A stretch of DNA of 64,000 bases from Candidatus Latescibacterota bacterium (GCA_965237525.1 CBDEFO010000007.1:512001-576000); one strand, 5' to 3'; shown: positions 1 through 11,934, counted from the stretch's first letter. The notes: generated by a model not told the origin, from the sequence alone. Numbers and translations: made by a program.

Positions 1-39
1 AGACAGAATGAGATATAAGAGGTTAGAAAGGGAAGCTAA

Positions 40-63
40 CCCCCAATAGATTCAATCGGGGGG
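40..63. repeat. 21-bp mini-palindrome family, locus 1
   Basis: cccccaatagattcaatcgggggg, one mismatch to consensus CCCCGATAGATTCAATCGGGG. Confidence 0.85.
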
Positions 64-342
64 ATTAAGACGATCCTTACAGGTACAGTTCGAAGGAGTC
101 TTCTCTTCTTGAAGGTGCTAGCGGCCATGGTTGAGTCCATTTAGGTACCCCTTGTTCCTCAGAATCCTGTGGGTCTAACCTTAAGGAAAACATACTTTGC
201 ACAGAAGCTCCAATTAGTTGGGACACCAGGAGGTGCTAGATTCTTCCTTCTATGCCCTTTCATAAGGTATGATACGAGATCCCTCTTAAAAGTAAATAAC
301 AACATAGAAAAGTCAGCAAAACAAATTATACGAGAAGGAATT

Positions 343-1242
343 ATGATGAAAAACATATTTGCGGTATCTACCATTCTGGTATCTGTGCTTTTTACAGTCG
401 GGCCGGGTATTGCTCATCTGCGGTCAGAAAGGACATTCGTAGCTGTCCAGGTGCCTATCAATACCAGTGAGTTCCAGAACATTAAGGTAGACGGTGACCT
501 CAGCGAGTGGGCTAACGTTCCTGATTTGCTATGGGTGACGCATGCCGATTTGATAGAGACCGTGCGGGGCCTCGGGGATCCGGACTCCTCCAACCTTGCC
601 GAAAGGATAATCGTGGGGTGGAGTCCGGTGACCAACCTGATATACACGATGGAGGATAGGTACGACGATGTTTCTCTTTACTTTACATCAGAAACCATTT
701 ACGAGATGCTCGAGTGGGTCATCGACGCTGACCACAGCGGAGGACGGTACCAGGTCATGCAAGATCTCGATCTGGACCCGGACAGGAACAACTCATCTCA
801 GGCTCAGAATTACCACTATTTTCTGAAGAGAAAGGATCCCATCTGGTTTTGGGGAGCAGCCTCGTGGCCGGGCTTACCTCCTTATGCCCACATAAGCTGG
901 ACCTTTGAGGGTGAAATGGGCGGACCGGGCACATTGAATGTTGAGACATACTTCATGGGATTTGATGATATAGATTTTAGAAGTGTTGATGATAGCATAA
1001 TACATACGTATGAGGAGGGCGCTATCATCGGAGTAGGCTTTGCCGTTATAGACACTGATAAGAGCGAAGTTGATGGCTACAACGGTTTCTGGACGAACAG
1101 CGGGGCCACAAGATTGGATAGACATGCCGACAACTTCGTCGACTATCTCCTGGCCCCCTTTGATCCGAATATCTGGGTGCCCGCCGGGACAGCAGTTGAT
1201 CGTGACACGCCAGGTCGCGTCAAGTCAACCTTGTCCGAATAA
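343..1242 (+). CDS. Secreted protein, possible CBM9/DOMON-like sugar-binding fold; paralog of 12222..13094
   Basis: ATG at 343 after RBS agaagga; signal peptide; VDGDLSEW, GWSPVTNL and IDADHSGG shared with the paralog; C-terminus TAVDRDTPGRVKST. Confidence 0.75.
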   Translation: MMKNIFAVSTILVSVLFTVGPGIAHLRSERTFVAVQVPINTSEFQNIKVDGDLSEWANVPDLLWVTHADLIETVRGLGDPDSSNLAERIIVGWSPVTNLIYTMEDRYDDVSLYFTSETIYEMLEWVIDADHSGGRYQVMQDLDLDPDRNNSSQAQNYHYFLKRKDPIWFWGAASWPGLPPYAHISWTFEGEMGGPGTLNVETYFMGFDDIDFRSVDDSIIHTYEEGAIIGVGFAVIDTDKSEVDGYNGFWTNSGATRLDRHADNFVDYLLAPFDPNIWVPAGTAVDRDTPGRVKSTLSE

Positions 1243-1898
1243 GAAACAAGTGATCAGGTGCTTCACAGGACTAAAGTATGGGGCCAAGGCATTTGAGTTA
1301 GTTCCACTTGCCCCGAATGAGTGCGGGCGTTTCCTGTCTGATATGCTGAGGAGCACCAGTCCGAAATGTGAACAGAAATCGGATATTCGTACGATATGAT
1401 ATGCGAAATTGAAAAATCGACGATAGCCTTTGTCTATATCTTTTGAGACCCCTGAAGGTTCGACCTTATGGTTGAAATAGTGTCCTCGGATAGGATTGCA
1501 ATGGTCAAGATACTTCGGGTCCTACAAAGGGCAAGGTTTTGGCTGATAGCGTGGTCCTGGAAGCTTTTGTTGATATGACACACGTATCCGCAGGGGCGAA
1601 GATACACTCTATGATACACGAAAGCATTGCTTCTGGCAATCAGGAAATTCCTTTTCCTTCGACGAGTTCTTCGATACTTTTTGGAGACCCAGGTTAGCAG
1701 TAGTCTGGCCTGAAATCAAAGGCAATATTCGGGCCAATTAAACTGTTCCTGGCCTAGACCAACGGTGTGAACGAGCCTGTGGGTATATCGTAGAGATATC
1801 TTCTCGTGAAAGGCTTTACAAGGCAGTCGTCCTGTCCGGAAACTTCTGGTTTCCCTCTTAATTCCAGGACCTAAAGCCATGTAATTTCGCCTTAGCGC

Positions 1899-2720
1899 TT
1901 AACCCTGATCCTCCAGTGGCGCAGGCAATTCAGGGTAGTTGGGGCCTTTGATGGTTGCGCCGATGGGGACGCCTTCGACACTCTCCATTCGAGGGTTCCA
2001 GTTATCGCCCATCCTGCGCGTGTTTCCCGGCATCAGGTGCAGGATGTAGCTGCGGCGCGCGTTGTCCGTCTTGTTGCCATATGAGCCGTGGAAGGTCAGA
2101 CAGTGGTGGAAGTGGCAATGGCCGGCCGGGACCTCGCATGGGACGGGTGTGGAATCCGCCTCGGGGGGAATCCCTGGCTGTTTGAGCAACCACTCTGGAT
2201 CACCGACGTCGACTTCGTCACGCGTGTAACGGAGTTCCCAGCGATGGCTTTGGGGGATCACGTACATGCAACCGTTGTCAACTGCCGCATCGTCCAGGGC
2301 AATCCAGCAGGTTCCTAATTCGGCGGGTCCAACGTTGTCCCAGTAAGTGTAATCCTGATGCCATGCGAGCGCGGCCTTGCGGTCGAAGGGTGGTTTGTAG
2401 ATCATCTGGTCCTCCCACACCCGTACGGGCCCGACCATCAGATCGTGGGAGAGTGAACTGATCGCTTTGTTATTCCAAACATTGGCGAAGACAGGATCGT
2501 GGCGAAACAAATTGACAATTTTTACTGACGGCAATTGCCCCTTTTCTTTAGACTTATCTACTGTTTCTCCCATCAGGTGGCTGGGAAACGCGACGCGACC
2601 CTCAAGGATAAGGTCGATACGCTCCTTAAGTGTGCTGATCTCCTCGTCTGATATGACCCGAGGCCCGGCCAAGTAACCGTTGATTCGATAGAACTCGATT
2701 TGTTTCTCCGTAAAGTGCAT
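1899..2720 (-). CDS. Phytanoyl-CoA dioxygenase (PhyH) family Fe(II)/2OG oxygenase
   Basis: WHQD, WIALDDA..DNGCM..IPQSH, FHHCLTFHGS..N motifs; RBS aggaga before ATG 2720. Confidence 0.92.
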   Translation of the reverse strand: MHFTEKQIEFYRINGYLAGPRVISDEEISTLKERIDLILEGRVAFPSHLMGETVDKSKEKGQLPSVKIVNLFRHDPVFANVWNNKAISSLSHDLMVGPVRVWEDQMIYKPPFDRKAALAWHQDYTYWDNVGPAELGTCWIALDDAAVDNGCMYVIPQSHRWELRYTRDEVDVGDPEWLLKQPGIPPEADSTPVPCEVPAGHCHFHHCLTFHGSYGNKTDNARRSYILHLMPGNTRRMGDNWNPRMESVEGVPIGATIKGPNYPELPAPLEDQG

Positions 2721-3437
2721 GGCTTCTCCTTTCTGGTTAGGCAATACACTTGTCTCGTTACGTCATGGGTTGGATCGGATATGAACTGAGGTGTCCCTCA
2801 GGGAGTTCCCAGTTACCTGAGAACAAGGCCTACCTTTCGTTGCGACAGCAGTCTCTACCCATGTTAAACTTGCCCGAAATACCGTTGATGATCTCGATTT
2901 GTCGCTGGTTGAGTCGTCATCGTGGAACGGATACACCTTAATCACCTGTCTGCTAGAGGGAATTGTTGTGAGTCAAGTACGTTGTAACCTGCCGCATTCT
3001 TGCCTGCAGAGCTATCAATAATGCTGGCGGTTTTTTGATTCGGGCGAGCCCCAAAAGTCCGGTGTACCACTGGAATGTCTGCAAGCAGAAATTTGCACTC
3101 CGGAAGTCCTGACCAAAGGGTCTACCAGGTGGCTAGCAGTGAAGATTCTCAAGCCCGAAAAGTTTGATTTTTGTCTCGATCAACCAGTTGTTCGCGTCAC
3201 CCCTTATGTTGGGAGGATTTTCGACGTTCGCTGCGCCAGGCAAGGAGAATTCAGCGGCAGATTTTTACGTTCCAGAGATACACGCCCAAGGTCCGGGGTG
3301 TTCACCTCTTTGGCAAGGAGAGCTCCTACAGGTCTGCCCGACGATGATACCACACGCCAGACATACTTCCTGTTACGGACTGTTGAGAACGAGCTAACCC
3401 ATTTTCTATTCCAACCTTAAGGGTGCAGTTACAGCTC

Positions 3438-5609
3438 TCATCTTTGGACTGAGTCCTCATCTTTGACAACGCTCTTCTCCTTATAAAGGAGCGCTAATTT
3501 GAGGCGGACGTCGGAATAGTCCGACTCTATCTTGAGAATCTCTTCGTATTGAGCAATAGCCTCCTCGTACATCCCCTTCTCCTTATAGACAGTAGCGAGA
3601 TTATAACGGGCATCTAGATGTGGGGGTTCGATCGCTAACAGTCTTGTAAATTCAGCTATTGCTTCGTCCAGCATCCCTTTCTTGGCATAAGCAACGCCCA
3701 GGTTATTTCGCGCCTCTAGGTTAGCGTCGCCAGTCTCGATGATTCTCAGGTACTCGTCCACAGCTTCGTCATAGAGTCCCTTCTTATCAAGGATGTAAGC
3801 TAACATAAGACGAACCTCTACATTACCAGGGTCTATTTTGAAGGCACTTTCGCACTCATCTTGCGCCCTGTCGTACATGCCTAATTGTATGTAAGTGTTT
3901 GCTAAAGAAAGACTGGTTTTGATGTACCCTTTCACCATGTCCTTTCGGGCAAGCATCAAGCTCGGCCTGGCCTCCGCAACTTTCCTTCTGGTAGCTATAG
4001 ATTGATCGTACATCCCTACCGCAGCGTAGCTTGAACCGAGATTCAGCCATGCCTCCCAGTAATCCTCTTTAAGAGAGACAACCTTCTCAAACTCCACGAT
4101 AGCGCTTGCATACATTTTCTTGCTCATGTACATTGTGCCGACGTTATAATGAATCTCAGCATTGTCGGCGGTGTCCATCTTTCCGATCTTTGTGTTTGCA
4201 GCCAGGGTGAAAAGGACAAACGGCACAACGGAAAGACTCAGAGTCAGATAGCGACCACCTTTAGCGCTCTGGAACCACCACCATATCGTGTAGGCTGCAA
4301 AGATCATCAAAAAGGGCAACACTGGAAGGCGATACCTGGACGTCACCAGAAAAAGGACCACAGAAGCGGCGTAGACTGTAACAAAGATATATAATAGCAG
4401 GAGCTTACGCCAACGGGGAAGAGATATGATCAGACCCACAAGAGCAAGAGGAGACAAAATTCCAAAGGGGAAGGCGATGATCCTCTTCCACACGGAAGCC
4501 CACATCAAAGAGGAATTCCCCCTGGAAAAATAGATTTCCTGATTCCGACCGATTTCGTTCCCGTTCCAGAATAAAAAGAGCTTCTTACAAAGGAGTTTGA
4601 AATACTCTAAGGGCTGGTCTCTGATAAATTCCCACGCCTTGGAGAAGAAGTACCTCGAACTTTCGGAGTGCTTGTCTATGCCCTTCTCTAAAGGTTCAAA
4701 GGAGAGGTTCTCCCACTCCCATCCCGGTCTGATCCCGACGGTTCGATCGTAGTCAGGGTTGTTACCGATGTAGAAATTTATCCCTGCGTTGTAGGAAATT
4801 ATGACAAAATCACCGCCTACAACGTAGTTTCTCAGCGTAACAGTTGAAATCACCAGAAGCCCACCCAGAAGGAAGCTGCCGCACCATACCGCAAATTGTG
4901 AAGTTCTGCTACCTCTTTGGAGTTTGGGTTCTGCAGTCTCTATCGTCCCTCTGTCAGCCGACAGAACTGAATCGACGTTTGACCTGGATCTGAACGCTAT
5001 CCACATCCAGAGCAGGATAAAAGGAGCAAGTGCTAAAACATTGGGGACCGTAATGGCAGATAGGCCGAAGATGAATCCCGAAAGGAGCCACTTCGAAAGG
5101 CGTGGACGTTCAGAAGCCTCTAAAAGAGACAGAATAAGAAGCAGATCCAAAAAGAGGGCGATGGATGCGGGCAGAAGTTCACAGTCAAAATATATCAAGA
5201 TGCCGTAAAGTGCACCCAACAGCGAGGCGATGATACCCACAGACGTATTAAAAAATCGTCTGCTTATCAAAAATATCAGCACACATCCCAAAGAACCGAG
5301 TACAATCTGTATCAGGCGAACTGCCCAGAAGAACTGGTCTTTGAAGATCAGCCGTACTAAAGCCAGAAAGTACGGATAAAAAGGCGGCTGCCAAAAAGGG
5401 CCCTTCCCGAAACCGAGCCAGTTTCCGCCAACTATATCCCTGGCTTGATCTACATAAGTTAATGAGTCTACGACAGGGGAGTCGAAAAGCGGACTATCCG
5501 CTACCTGACTGAGATAGAAAAGCCTTGCTGCCATGGCAATAAGGAAAATGCCTAATGTCTTACTACTGAGGAAGCTCTCAACCCATCCCTTATTCTTGCA
5601 CACCGGCAT
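3438..5609 (-). CDS. GT39/PMT-like membrane glycosyltransferase with C-terminal TPR repeats
   Basis: DSLTY, PPFYPYFLA, multiple TM segments, NFYIGNNP, SRYRLP, then TPRs; start codon uncertain. Confidence 0.85.
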   Translation of the reverse strand: MPVCKNKGWVESFLSSKTLGIFLIAMAARLFYLSQVADSPLFDSPVVDSLTYVDQARDIVGGNWLGFGKGPFWQPPFYPYFLALVRLIFKDQFFWAVRLIQIVLGSLGCVLIFLISRRFFNTSVGIIASLLGALYGILIYFDCELLPASIALFLDLLLILSLLEASERPRLSKWLLSGFIFGLSAITVPNVLALAPFILLWMWIAFRSRSNVDSVLSADRGTIETAEPKLQRGSRTSQFAVWCGSFLLGGLLVISTVTLRNYVVGGDFVIISYNAGINFYIGNNPDYDRTVGIRPGWEWENLSFEPLEKGIDKHSESSRYFFSKAWEFIRDQPLEYFKLLCKKLFLFWNGNEIGRNQEIYFSRGNSSLMWASVWKRIIAFPFGILSPLALVGLIISLPRWRKLLLLYIFVTVYAASVVLFLVTSRYRLPVLPFLMIFAAYTIWWWFQSAKGGRYLTLSLSVVPFVLFTLAANTKIGKMDTADNAEIHYNVGTMYMSKKMYASAIVEFEKVVSLKEDYWEAWLNLGSSYAAVGMYDQSIATRRKVAEARPSLMLARKDMVKGYIKTSLSLANTYIQLGMYDRAQDECESAFKIDPGNVEVRLMLAYILDKKGLYDEAVDEYLRIIETGDANLEARNNLGVAYAKKGMLDEAIAEFTRLLAIEPPHLDARYNLATVYKEKGMYEEAIAQYEEILKIESDYSDVRLKLALLYKEKSVVKDEDSVQR

Positions 5610-8289
5610 ATACCGTAGCAAAGGCTACACTGCCCGTTTGCGCATCCTCCTCCCCGGCGAACTTCTTTCTGCTCCATCTTAGCCCGAACTGGCTTATCAG
5701 CTTGTATCCCAAGTAGTCCACAACGTTGGAGAATTGCACTGCAAGTACGGATTCTTTAAAGTCGTCCAAAAGTCCTCCTCCAAGAGCGGTATCAGTAGGC
5801 CTCATCTGTCGGAAGATCGTATACTCAACTCCACCTTGAAATTCCGAGTGACTAAGCACTGGTAGTGTGGCTATCGTAAAGAGAATTAGAGTATTTTCCC
5901 TTCGCCTGGGATCTGATCTAAGCGCCGGGGCTTCCAACCTGAGTTCGTTCTTGATCCGGGGCTGGATATCAAAGACCCCTACCTTAAAGGTATAGTCCAC
6001 CTTATTGATCAGGCCGAAAAAGGTGAACTCGTCCCTAAGGTCTGGCCGTTCTGCCCTTTGGTTCCACACATCGAATTTTATCTTGCTGATAAAGTTCAGA
6101 TTTCTCTTCTTTGTGTAGTCAAAACTTACATAGGCGGAATTTATCCAGGTATCTTGAGCTGCCAGAGGATCGATAGTTGGAACGTTCCTCCTTGCTCGTT
6201 CATTCCATTGGCGAAGGTTATCTATTATGTTGTCCTTTGCCAACTTAAAATTCTCGAATATCTTCAGCCTACCTAATGCCGGGAAGTCCTTGTCCAGAGT
6301 AAAGAGGACATAGCTGTTAACATTGTCCCTATCTCCGGAAAGGAGTTCTTCTCTGTTTTGGCCGATCATAAGCCTCACTTCCGGAGTTACATGAAGACCA
6401 ACATAAGCGTTGAATCCTCTATGGTCCCTGTCGTAAGGAAAGTCGGCTGCGTCATCGTTTTCGAACCGATCCACCCATAAATTGTTGTTCATATCTATAC
6501 CGAACAGAAACTCCGGTCGATCTGTGCCGTACCTCAAAAAGGGTTCATCATAGTCAGGCACCGCGTTTGGCCTATCCCTGCTGTCATTTTGGTTAAAGTC
6601 GGATATAAAATCCTGGTTCTCATCGAAGCCCGGAAATACCTTAGTGTCCGAGCCTTGGAATATCCTACTCCAATCGGGGTTTCTATCTTGATCGTCGTTA
6701 TCGTCTACAAATTCGTACGTGAAACTCTGAATATCATTGTAAAATATATCATTCTCACCCCTTGCCGTAATAAATGCGGATGTATTATAATTGTCGTCCA
6801 TGCTGTAAGCCTCTCCCAAGAGGAACCATGGGTAGTCAATCTTTGATATGTTTACCATCCATGCATCGGCTTCGTCGGAGGCTGTTTTGTGCTGTTCCGC
6901 CACCCTGTTGGGATATTTTCTGTAACTGCGGCTCCGGTCATATTCTCCGTAAATATCAAATCCCAAAATATCGTTTGCCTCCAGCGTTACCCCGTATATT
7001 TCGGTGGCCGTTGGCAGACCGTAGTCGATCCTGAGGAGCTTCAGATTCGAGCTGTCTTTAACATTGCCATCGGCTCTGGCTGCTAAGAGATATACTATGT
7101 TTAGATTCCTGTCAAGCTGGCGGTCTGAAGACACTTCGATCCTGTAGTCGTTCGCCACGACTATCTCGAACGTGACCTTCTTTATCTCCGATGGATCAGG
7201 GCCTGTATATGACGCCTCTCTAAAATCAAACAACAGGTCTATCCGTTCAACTCCGCTTGCCTCCCAGAATCCTCTACGCTGGAAGCCGCCCTGAGGAGAA
7301 GGAATGAGTCCCACTTCGCTTGCCCTGACTACCTCCCTTCCGATCTTGATCGTCCTGTTTCCCTCTTCGTCCTCTTCAATGATTTCAACATCTGCTTCTA
7401 TGATCATGTCCCATGAAAATAGCGCGGCTCCACCCTCCTCATCCTCGGGTGAATCGTCCAAAAGCCTTATGAAAAGTTGTGTTATGCTAGTGGCATTTTG
7501 GCCTGTGGAGAGTGATCCGCTTCTCGGGCTCCCCTCGAAGCTCTCTAAAAGCGTCGTAGAGTTATGGGCGTTTACGTAGGTGGCTCCGATTTTGACAAAA
7601 TCGCCCAATTGGGTTGCCACTCTCCCCGCAGTCAAGACCGTCTGGCTTGTGTGTTCTGAGGCGGATGTACCGGAGCCTGCGGGGGAACTGGGCCGGGAAA
7701 GGAGCGCAGTGGCTTCATGTTTGTCGGATTGAAAATCCATCTGGATCCCGCTGAACCCTGGCTTTGAGAAGGTCATCGGAGTCAGGGTCGTCCTGATATC
7801 ATCACCTATAGTTACGGCCAGATGGTACTGTCCCATTTGGTCAGTGGCCACCAGCAAGTTGCTGAAAAAGGTCCTGTATCTTTCAGTCTTGAATATCCTG
7901 CTTCCGCTCTGCTGGGGCAGTGTCTGGGTCCAGTCGTAGATCAACCATCCACGAGTGATATAGGAGCCATAGAGATCGTAGTAATAATCCCCCTCGAGTG
8001 TGATGTCCACATAGCGCTGGTAGCGGTCCCGGGCGTAGTTTGTGTACTCCCACTGCTTCCATTGGTACTCGAGGAAAAGCTCCTGCGGGACATACCATTT
8101 CTTGACCGCCGGGTCCAAAGCGCCGAACAGGACACCAGGTCCGGTCGGTTCGAAGGAGATCTCTCTGCCCCGGCGCACACCTATCCGAGACTCACTCATA
8201 TCTTGAGCATAGGAGATTGTGTTGAAGATCATCACCGCCCAAACCATAGCAGCACCGATACCACGCGCCCTAGATCTGAAAGTTATCAT
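5590..8289 (-). CDS. Large secreted or outer-membrane hypothetical protein (899 aa)
   Basis: Signal peptide; Asp/Asn-rich Ca-binding-like loops (DDNDDQDRNPD, DENQDFISD, DMNNNLWVD); amphipathic beta-strand-like C-terminus. Confidence 0.8.
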   Translation of the reverse strand: MITFRSRARGIGAAMVWAVMIFNTISYAQDMSESRIGVRRGREISFEPTGPGVLFGALDPAVKKWYVPQELFLEYQWKQWEYTNYARDRYQRYVDITLEGDYYYDLYGSYITRGWLIYDWTQTLPQQSGSRIFKTERYRTFFSNLLVATDQMGQYHLAVTIGDDIRTTLTPMTFSKPGFSGIQMDFQSDKHEATALLSRPSSPAGSGTSASEHTSQTVLTAGRVATQLGDFVKIGATYVNAHNSTTLLESFEGSPRSGSLSTGQNATSITQLFIRLLDDSPEDEEGGAALFSWDMIIEADVEIIEEDEEGNRTIKIGREVVRASEVGLIPSPQGGFQRRGFWEASGVERIDLLFDFREASYTGPDPSEIKKVTFEIVVANDYRIEVSSDRQLDRNLNIVYLLAARADGNVKDSSNLKLLRIDYGLPTATEIYGVTLEANDILGFDIYGEYDRSRSYRKYPNRVAEQHKTASDEADAWMVNISKIDYPWFLLGEAYSMDDNYNTSAFITARGENDIFYNDIQSFTYEFVDDNDDQDRNPDWSRIFQGSDTKVFPGFDENQDFISDFNQNDSRDRPNAVPDYDEPFLRYGTDRPEFLFGIDMNNNLWVDRFENDDAADFPYDRDHRGFNAYVGLHVTPEVRLMIGQNREELLSGDRDNVNSYVLFTLDKDFPALGRLKIFENFKLAKDNIIDNLRQWNERARRNVPTIDPLAAQDTWINSAYVSFDYTKKRNLNFISKIKFDVWNQRAERPDLRDEFTFFGLINKVDYTFKVGVFDIQPRIKNELRLEAPALRSDPRRRENTLILFTIATLPVLSHSEFQGGVEYTIFRQMRPTDTALGGGLLDDFKESVLAVQFSNVVDYLGYKLISQFGLRWSRKKFAGEEDAQTGSVAFATVYAGVQE

Positions 8290-8344
8290 AAAGTACCCCC
8301 CCGGTTACAAGTTAGAACTGCAGAAACTTTTAGATCACTTAAAG

Positions 8345-8379
8345 CCCCCGATTGCTTCTATCGGGGATTCAATCGGGGG
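8345..8379. repeat. 21-bp mini-palindrome family, locus 2 (compound)
   Basis: cccccgattgcttctatcgggg + attcaatcggggg, directly after the stop codon at 8380. Confidence 0.85.
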
Positions 8380-10155
8380 TCAATAGACTAAAGATACGCT
8401 TTCTGTTTTCCCCAGTGTCCCCGAATCTGTTTTTAACTCCACACGAAGTAAATACGTTCCAGGCGGAAGCAGTTCACCGCCGTCGTCTGTTCCGTCCCAG
8501 TCCCGTTGGTATCTCCCGCTGGAGTCCTGACCCGAATAGATCTCCTTTCTAAGCCTGCCTGAAAGATCGTATACACTTACGGAGACCGGGACTATATCTG
8601 TCAGGTTTACAATGTCATAGGTTACACAGAGGATATCGTTAATTCCATCTCCGTTCGGTGTAAAGGGATTAGGCTCTGTCTTTATGGAATAGATCACATC
8701 TAATTCTTTATCTATAATTAGAGAGACAGAAAGGTCATCTCCGCCTGCCTGAGAATCCGAGGCTACGTCTCCATCTACAACCGATTGGGGAAACCAGTCG
8801 GGTCTTTGGCTATCCCACACCCTTCCGCTGAAGATTGTGTTAAACTGTAAAGCCAGGCTGTTGAACATTACCCTGAGGATCCTGTCCCCTATGATCCTCC
8901 TTGGAAAGCGTATTTTGAACCCGCCTTTGACATCCGTTTTGTCAATATCATCAACTTCAATTCCATCTATTTGCACCGAGCTTACCAAGTCTACCGGCGC
9001 CAGGGTCTTTATTTCGAGGGTGTCGAAGCCTGTGCTGTTAAAGGATCTTATCGTGTAGGCGAACGTAGTGTCTTGGGCGACGAGTGTAGTTTGCGGCCAT
9101 ATCTCGCCCTTTATGGAGTCAGCCACTGCAGGAGAAACTTGAAAGGCCAGCGAATCGACAGTCGCAGCGGACTGAGGCTCGTTGCTCTCAAAGAGGATGC
9201 GAAACTGAAAAAACCGGCGAGGCGCTGGCAAGAGAATATCAGTAAGGGCGCCCGCCGGGTATGGGATGGACCAATCGCTCCAAACAACGTCGCTGGAGCT
9301 TGTTCCACTTCCACTCCTTGCCCTTACGGTCGCACTTGATTTGGCCGGTTGGCCTATGCTGCCCCGTGGCCATTCTATACCGCCAAAGACGAAACGCTGT
9401 CCCTGTTTGAACATATCAAAAGAATCGAATATCTTTGATGTGTACGCCGCCGAGGATACAAAACCTTCACCGAAGACCTGAAACTCGTCTATCTCCCACT
9501 CCGACCTTACAGTCTGCTGGAGCCGTATAAAACGGATAGTTTGCAATGGGACAGACAGATCAACCACAGGATTGATGTTGCGAAAGGTTCTCTTGAAGAA
9601 TCTGAACACAGGATGCCCTGTAAGGGTCGTCTGCTCCTCGCTCCCATCGTTTAAGGATATCTCATAGCCCCTCAAAAAAAACTGTTCAAAGCCGCTCCTT
9701 GGGAAAAACTTGATCTTGTTGATACCAAAACGCTCGCCCAGGTCTATAAGAATTATCATTCCTGTGGATGAGATATCCCTAACTTCAAAAGCCTCCGTAG
9801 TATCAGCGCTAACCATAGTTGCTAACCGCTCTTCTACGAAAAGGTTAGTCTCTCCAAGAATTTTATCCGCATTAGGTGAAGTTACCGACCCCCCCCTTGC
9901 GATTAAACCCAGAGAGATGTTTTCATTAGGATCGGTCTGTCGAGGTTGAATAAAACCGGGGTTCGTGTCAAAATCTACGACCGACACAACAGAATATTGC
10001 TCGTCCCAGGGAAGGGCGCCCGGGGCCCCTCCTATTACAATCGTCTCCCCATGAGACTTTCTTGTTATAAGTCCAACTGACACAAAAAGAAGGGCTAATA
10101 GCCATGCGTTTCTAAAAAACTGCTGTCCATTCAATCTACTCCTCCTTTTAGGCAA
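8380..10155 (-). CDS. Secreted protein with discoidin-like region and C-terminal FlgD-Ig/T9SS type B-like domain
   Basis: Signal peptide; NPFTPNGDGIND, VYDLSGR, WDGTDDGGELLPPGTY. Confidence 0.85.
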   Translation of the reverse strand: MPKRRSRLNGQQFFRNAWLLALLFVSVGLITRKSHGETIVIGGAPGALPWDEQYSVVSVVDFDTNPGFIQPRQTDPNENISLGLIARGGSVTSPNADKILGETNLFVEERLATMVSADTTEAFEVRDISSTGMIILIDLGERFGINKIKFFPRSGFEQFFLRGYEISLNDGSEEQTTLTGHPVFRFFKRTFRNINPVVDLSVPLQTIRFIRLQQTVRSEWEIDEFQVFGEGFVSSAAYTSKIFDSFDMFKQGQRFVFGGIEWPRGSIGQPAKSSATVRARSGSGTSSSDVVWSDWSIPYPAGALTDILLPAPRRFFQFRILFESNEPQSAATVDSLAFQVSPAVADSIKGEIWPQTTLVAQDTTFAYTIRSFNSTGFDTLEIKTLAPVDLVSSVQIDGIEVDDIDKTDVKGGFKIRFPRRIIGDRILRVMFNSLALQFNTIFSGRVWDSQRPDWFPQSVVDGDVASDSQAGGDDLSVSLIIDKELDVIYSIKTEPNPFTPNGDGINDILCVTYDIVNLTDIVPVSVSVYDLSGRLRKEIYSGQDSSGRYQRDWDGTDDGGELLPPGTYLLRVELKTDSGTLGKTESVSLVY

Positions 10156-10157
10156 AG

Positions 10158-11765
10158 CTAATATAGAACCTGAACTAACCGGCTGACTGAAGTATCTTCC
10201 GCCGAATCTGAATCGGTATCAACATTATGCCTCATAACGTATCTACCAGCAGCGGCTGGTTCTCCTGAGTTATCGGTGCTATCCCAGGGAACTGTACATC
10301 TCCCGGTACAAAGAGGATCATAGAGCAATTCACGAACTATGTTGCCGCTACGATAGTATAGTTGCACCTGGACAGGAGTTAATAACCCCACTCGCAACAC
10401 CGAAAAGATTATGCTGCTCATCGTTGATCCCCTCACTGTTCGGTGTAAGATTCTCAGGAGCGACTATAATGCTATCTACTATCTTGGCTATCTAATATCT
10501 TGTTTCCTTCAAGCGCTACTACTACTGTCTTTTCGCTGTTTGTAACGCGATTTGCATCACCATCATCCGTCGTTTGCCAGAGACCCTCTATGGAAGAGTT
10601 GGCTATTGAACCAGCGAAAAATGTGCTAAATCCGTATAAAGTGCAGACTTGACCTCGATTAGAAGAGTCCCGGTAGTAGCTTTCATAAGGCTGGGCAGAC
10701 GAAACCGAAGAGAGTCATCCTAATCTGCTAATGATGTCTACCCCTTCGCTATCAACTGTATAACTTTCACGTTGGCTGATGCATCTGTAAACCTTTACGT
10801 GCTTAAAGTTCATCCTGACTCCAGCAAGGTCCTCGATAAGGACCTCAGCTAACCCGCTTCTCTTAAAATCAAACGCGGGGTGGATGAAAAAGGACAGTTC
10901 CTACAAGGTTGTCCAAACCGGAAGGTGTTATGGCTCCGATAACACCTGTGGGCAATAGGGGGACTGGTAAGAAATTAAGCGTTACTCAACAGCAAAGTAA
11001 CAGATTGGTGAGAATAGTCCGTCAGAAACGTAGCTTATCTTAAAGTATCTTCTGGTTATTGGGAGATCTAAACCTGTTACACGAACCCAACAGGGTTCGC
11101 CCCAGTCGCTTCCTGGGACTGTCTCAGATATTATATCTCCCTTAGCAAAACTGAAAAGCTTGTCATACGCTTTTTTTCTACATCCTCAGCGCTTCCCGGC
11201 GATTCTTTCGCTCTGAGATTGTCCCCTACCTTCTTGAAGTAGTTTTTATCTGCTTGACTGTATTACGTGTGTTGGTCTGAATGGTAGGGTCTGTGCCTGG
11301 ACGTATATGTGCATCCAACTCAATCGTCCTCAGATTCCACGACGCAGGCAGATCTAAGAAGGGGGCTGTTCCGCCAAAGTTAGATGCCATCTCGGTCTCT
11401 GCTACGGAGCCCTCCCCGAAAAGTTGTATCTCCACTAATCCGCGGTCTCCACCATAACCTGGTAGATTTACAGTAACTCTTCCGTCAGAAGTAACATGTC
11501 CCTCTGTCTCGACCGCTAAGGCTATGTTCTCTCCCTCATGATCTAACGCATCTGTATCGAGGTCCAACAGAAAATCAGATTTCAACCAGCCAATCTCCCT
11601 AAAATCGACTCCTATCTCCTGGAGGCTGTCTTTTTCTGCTGATGAAAAGGCCGTTCTGGTCCTGTAGATAATCACAGAGGAGGAGCATCTATTGAAATAC
11701 CGACGCCCACGAAAGCAAGCAGAATCGATCCTGCCAGCCTAGATAATTTGTTTCCAAATTGCCAT
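10158..11765 (-). pseudogene. Degraded paralog of the FlgD-Ig secreted protein family
   Basis: Broken frames give a signal-like SILLAFVGVG, SDWGEP, LPITRRYFKISY, APENLTPNSEGINDE and WDSTDNSGEPAAAGRY, colinear with 8380..10155. Confidence 0.75.
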
Positions 11766-11934
11766 CTACTTCTGTACTCTTATGTCTGTAAGTAGTTTAA
11801 TTAATAGACGACCACTTTAAATATCAATCTACCGATAGCTTGCGCATCCATCACTGATGAAATATCGGCAAAGCTATGTTCTCACTGTTCTGCGATCGGA
11901 TTAGGCTGAAGCAAGCCAACGTTTAGCGTGCTGA

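Noticed and set aside
169..342. Long N-terminus of the first ORF
   Set aside because: RBS, signal peptide and paralog alignment all support ATG 343
1400..3420. Short ORFs flanking the PhyH gene (1434, 2763, 3139, 3164)
   Set aside because: No recognisable motifs; possibly decayed genes but not assignable by eye
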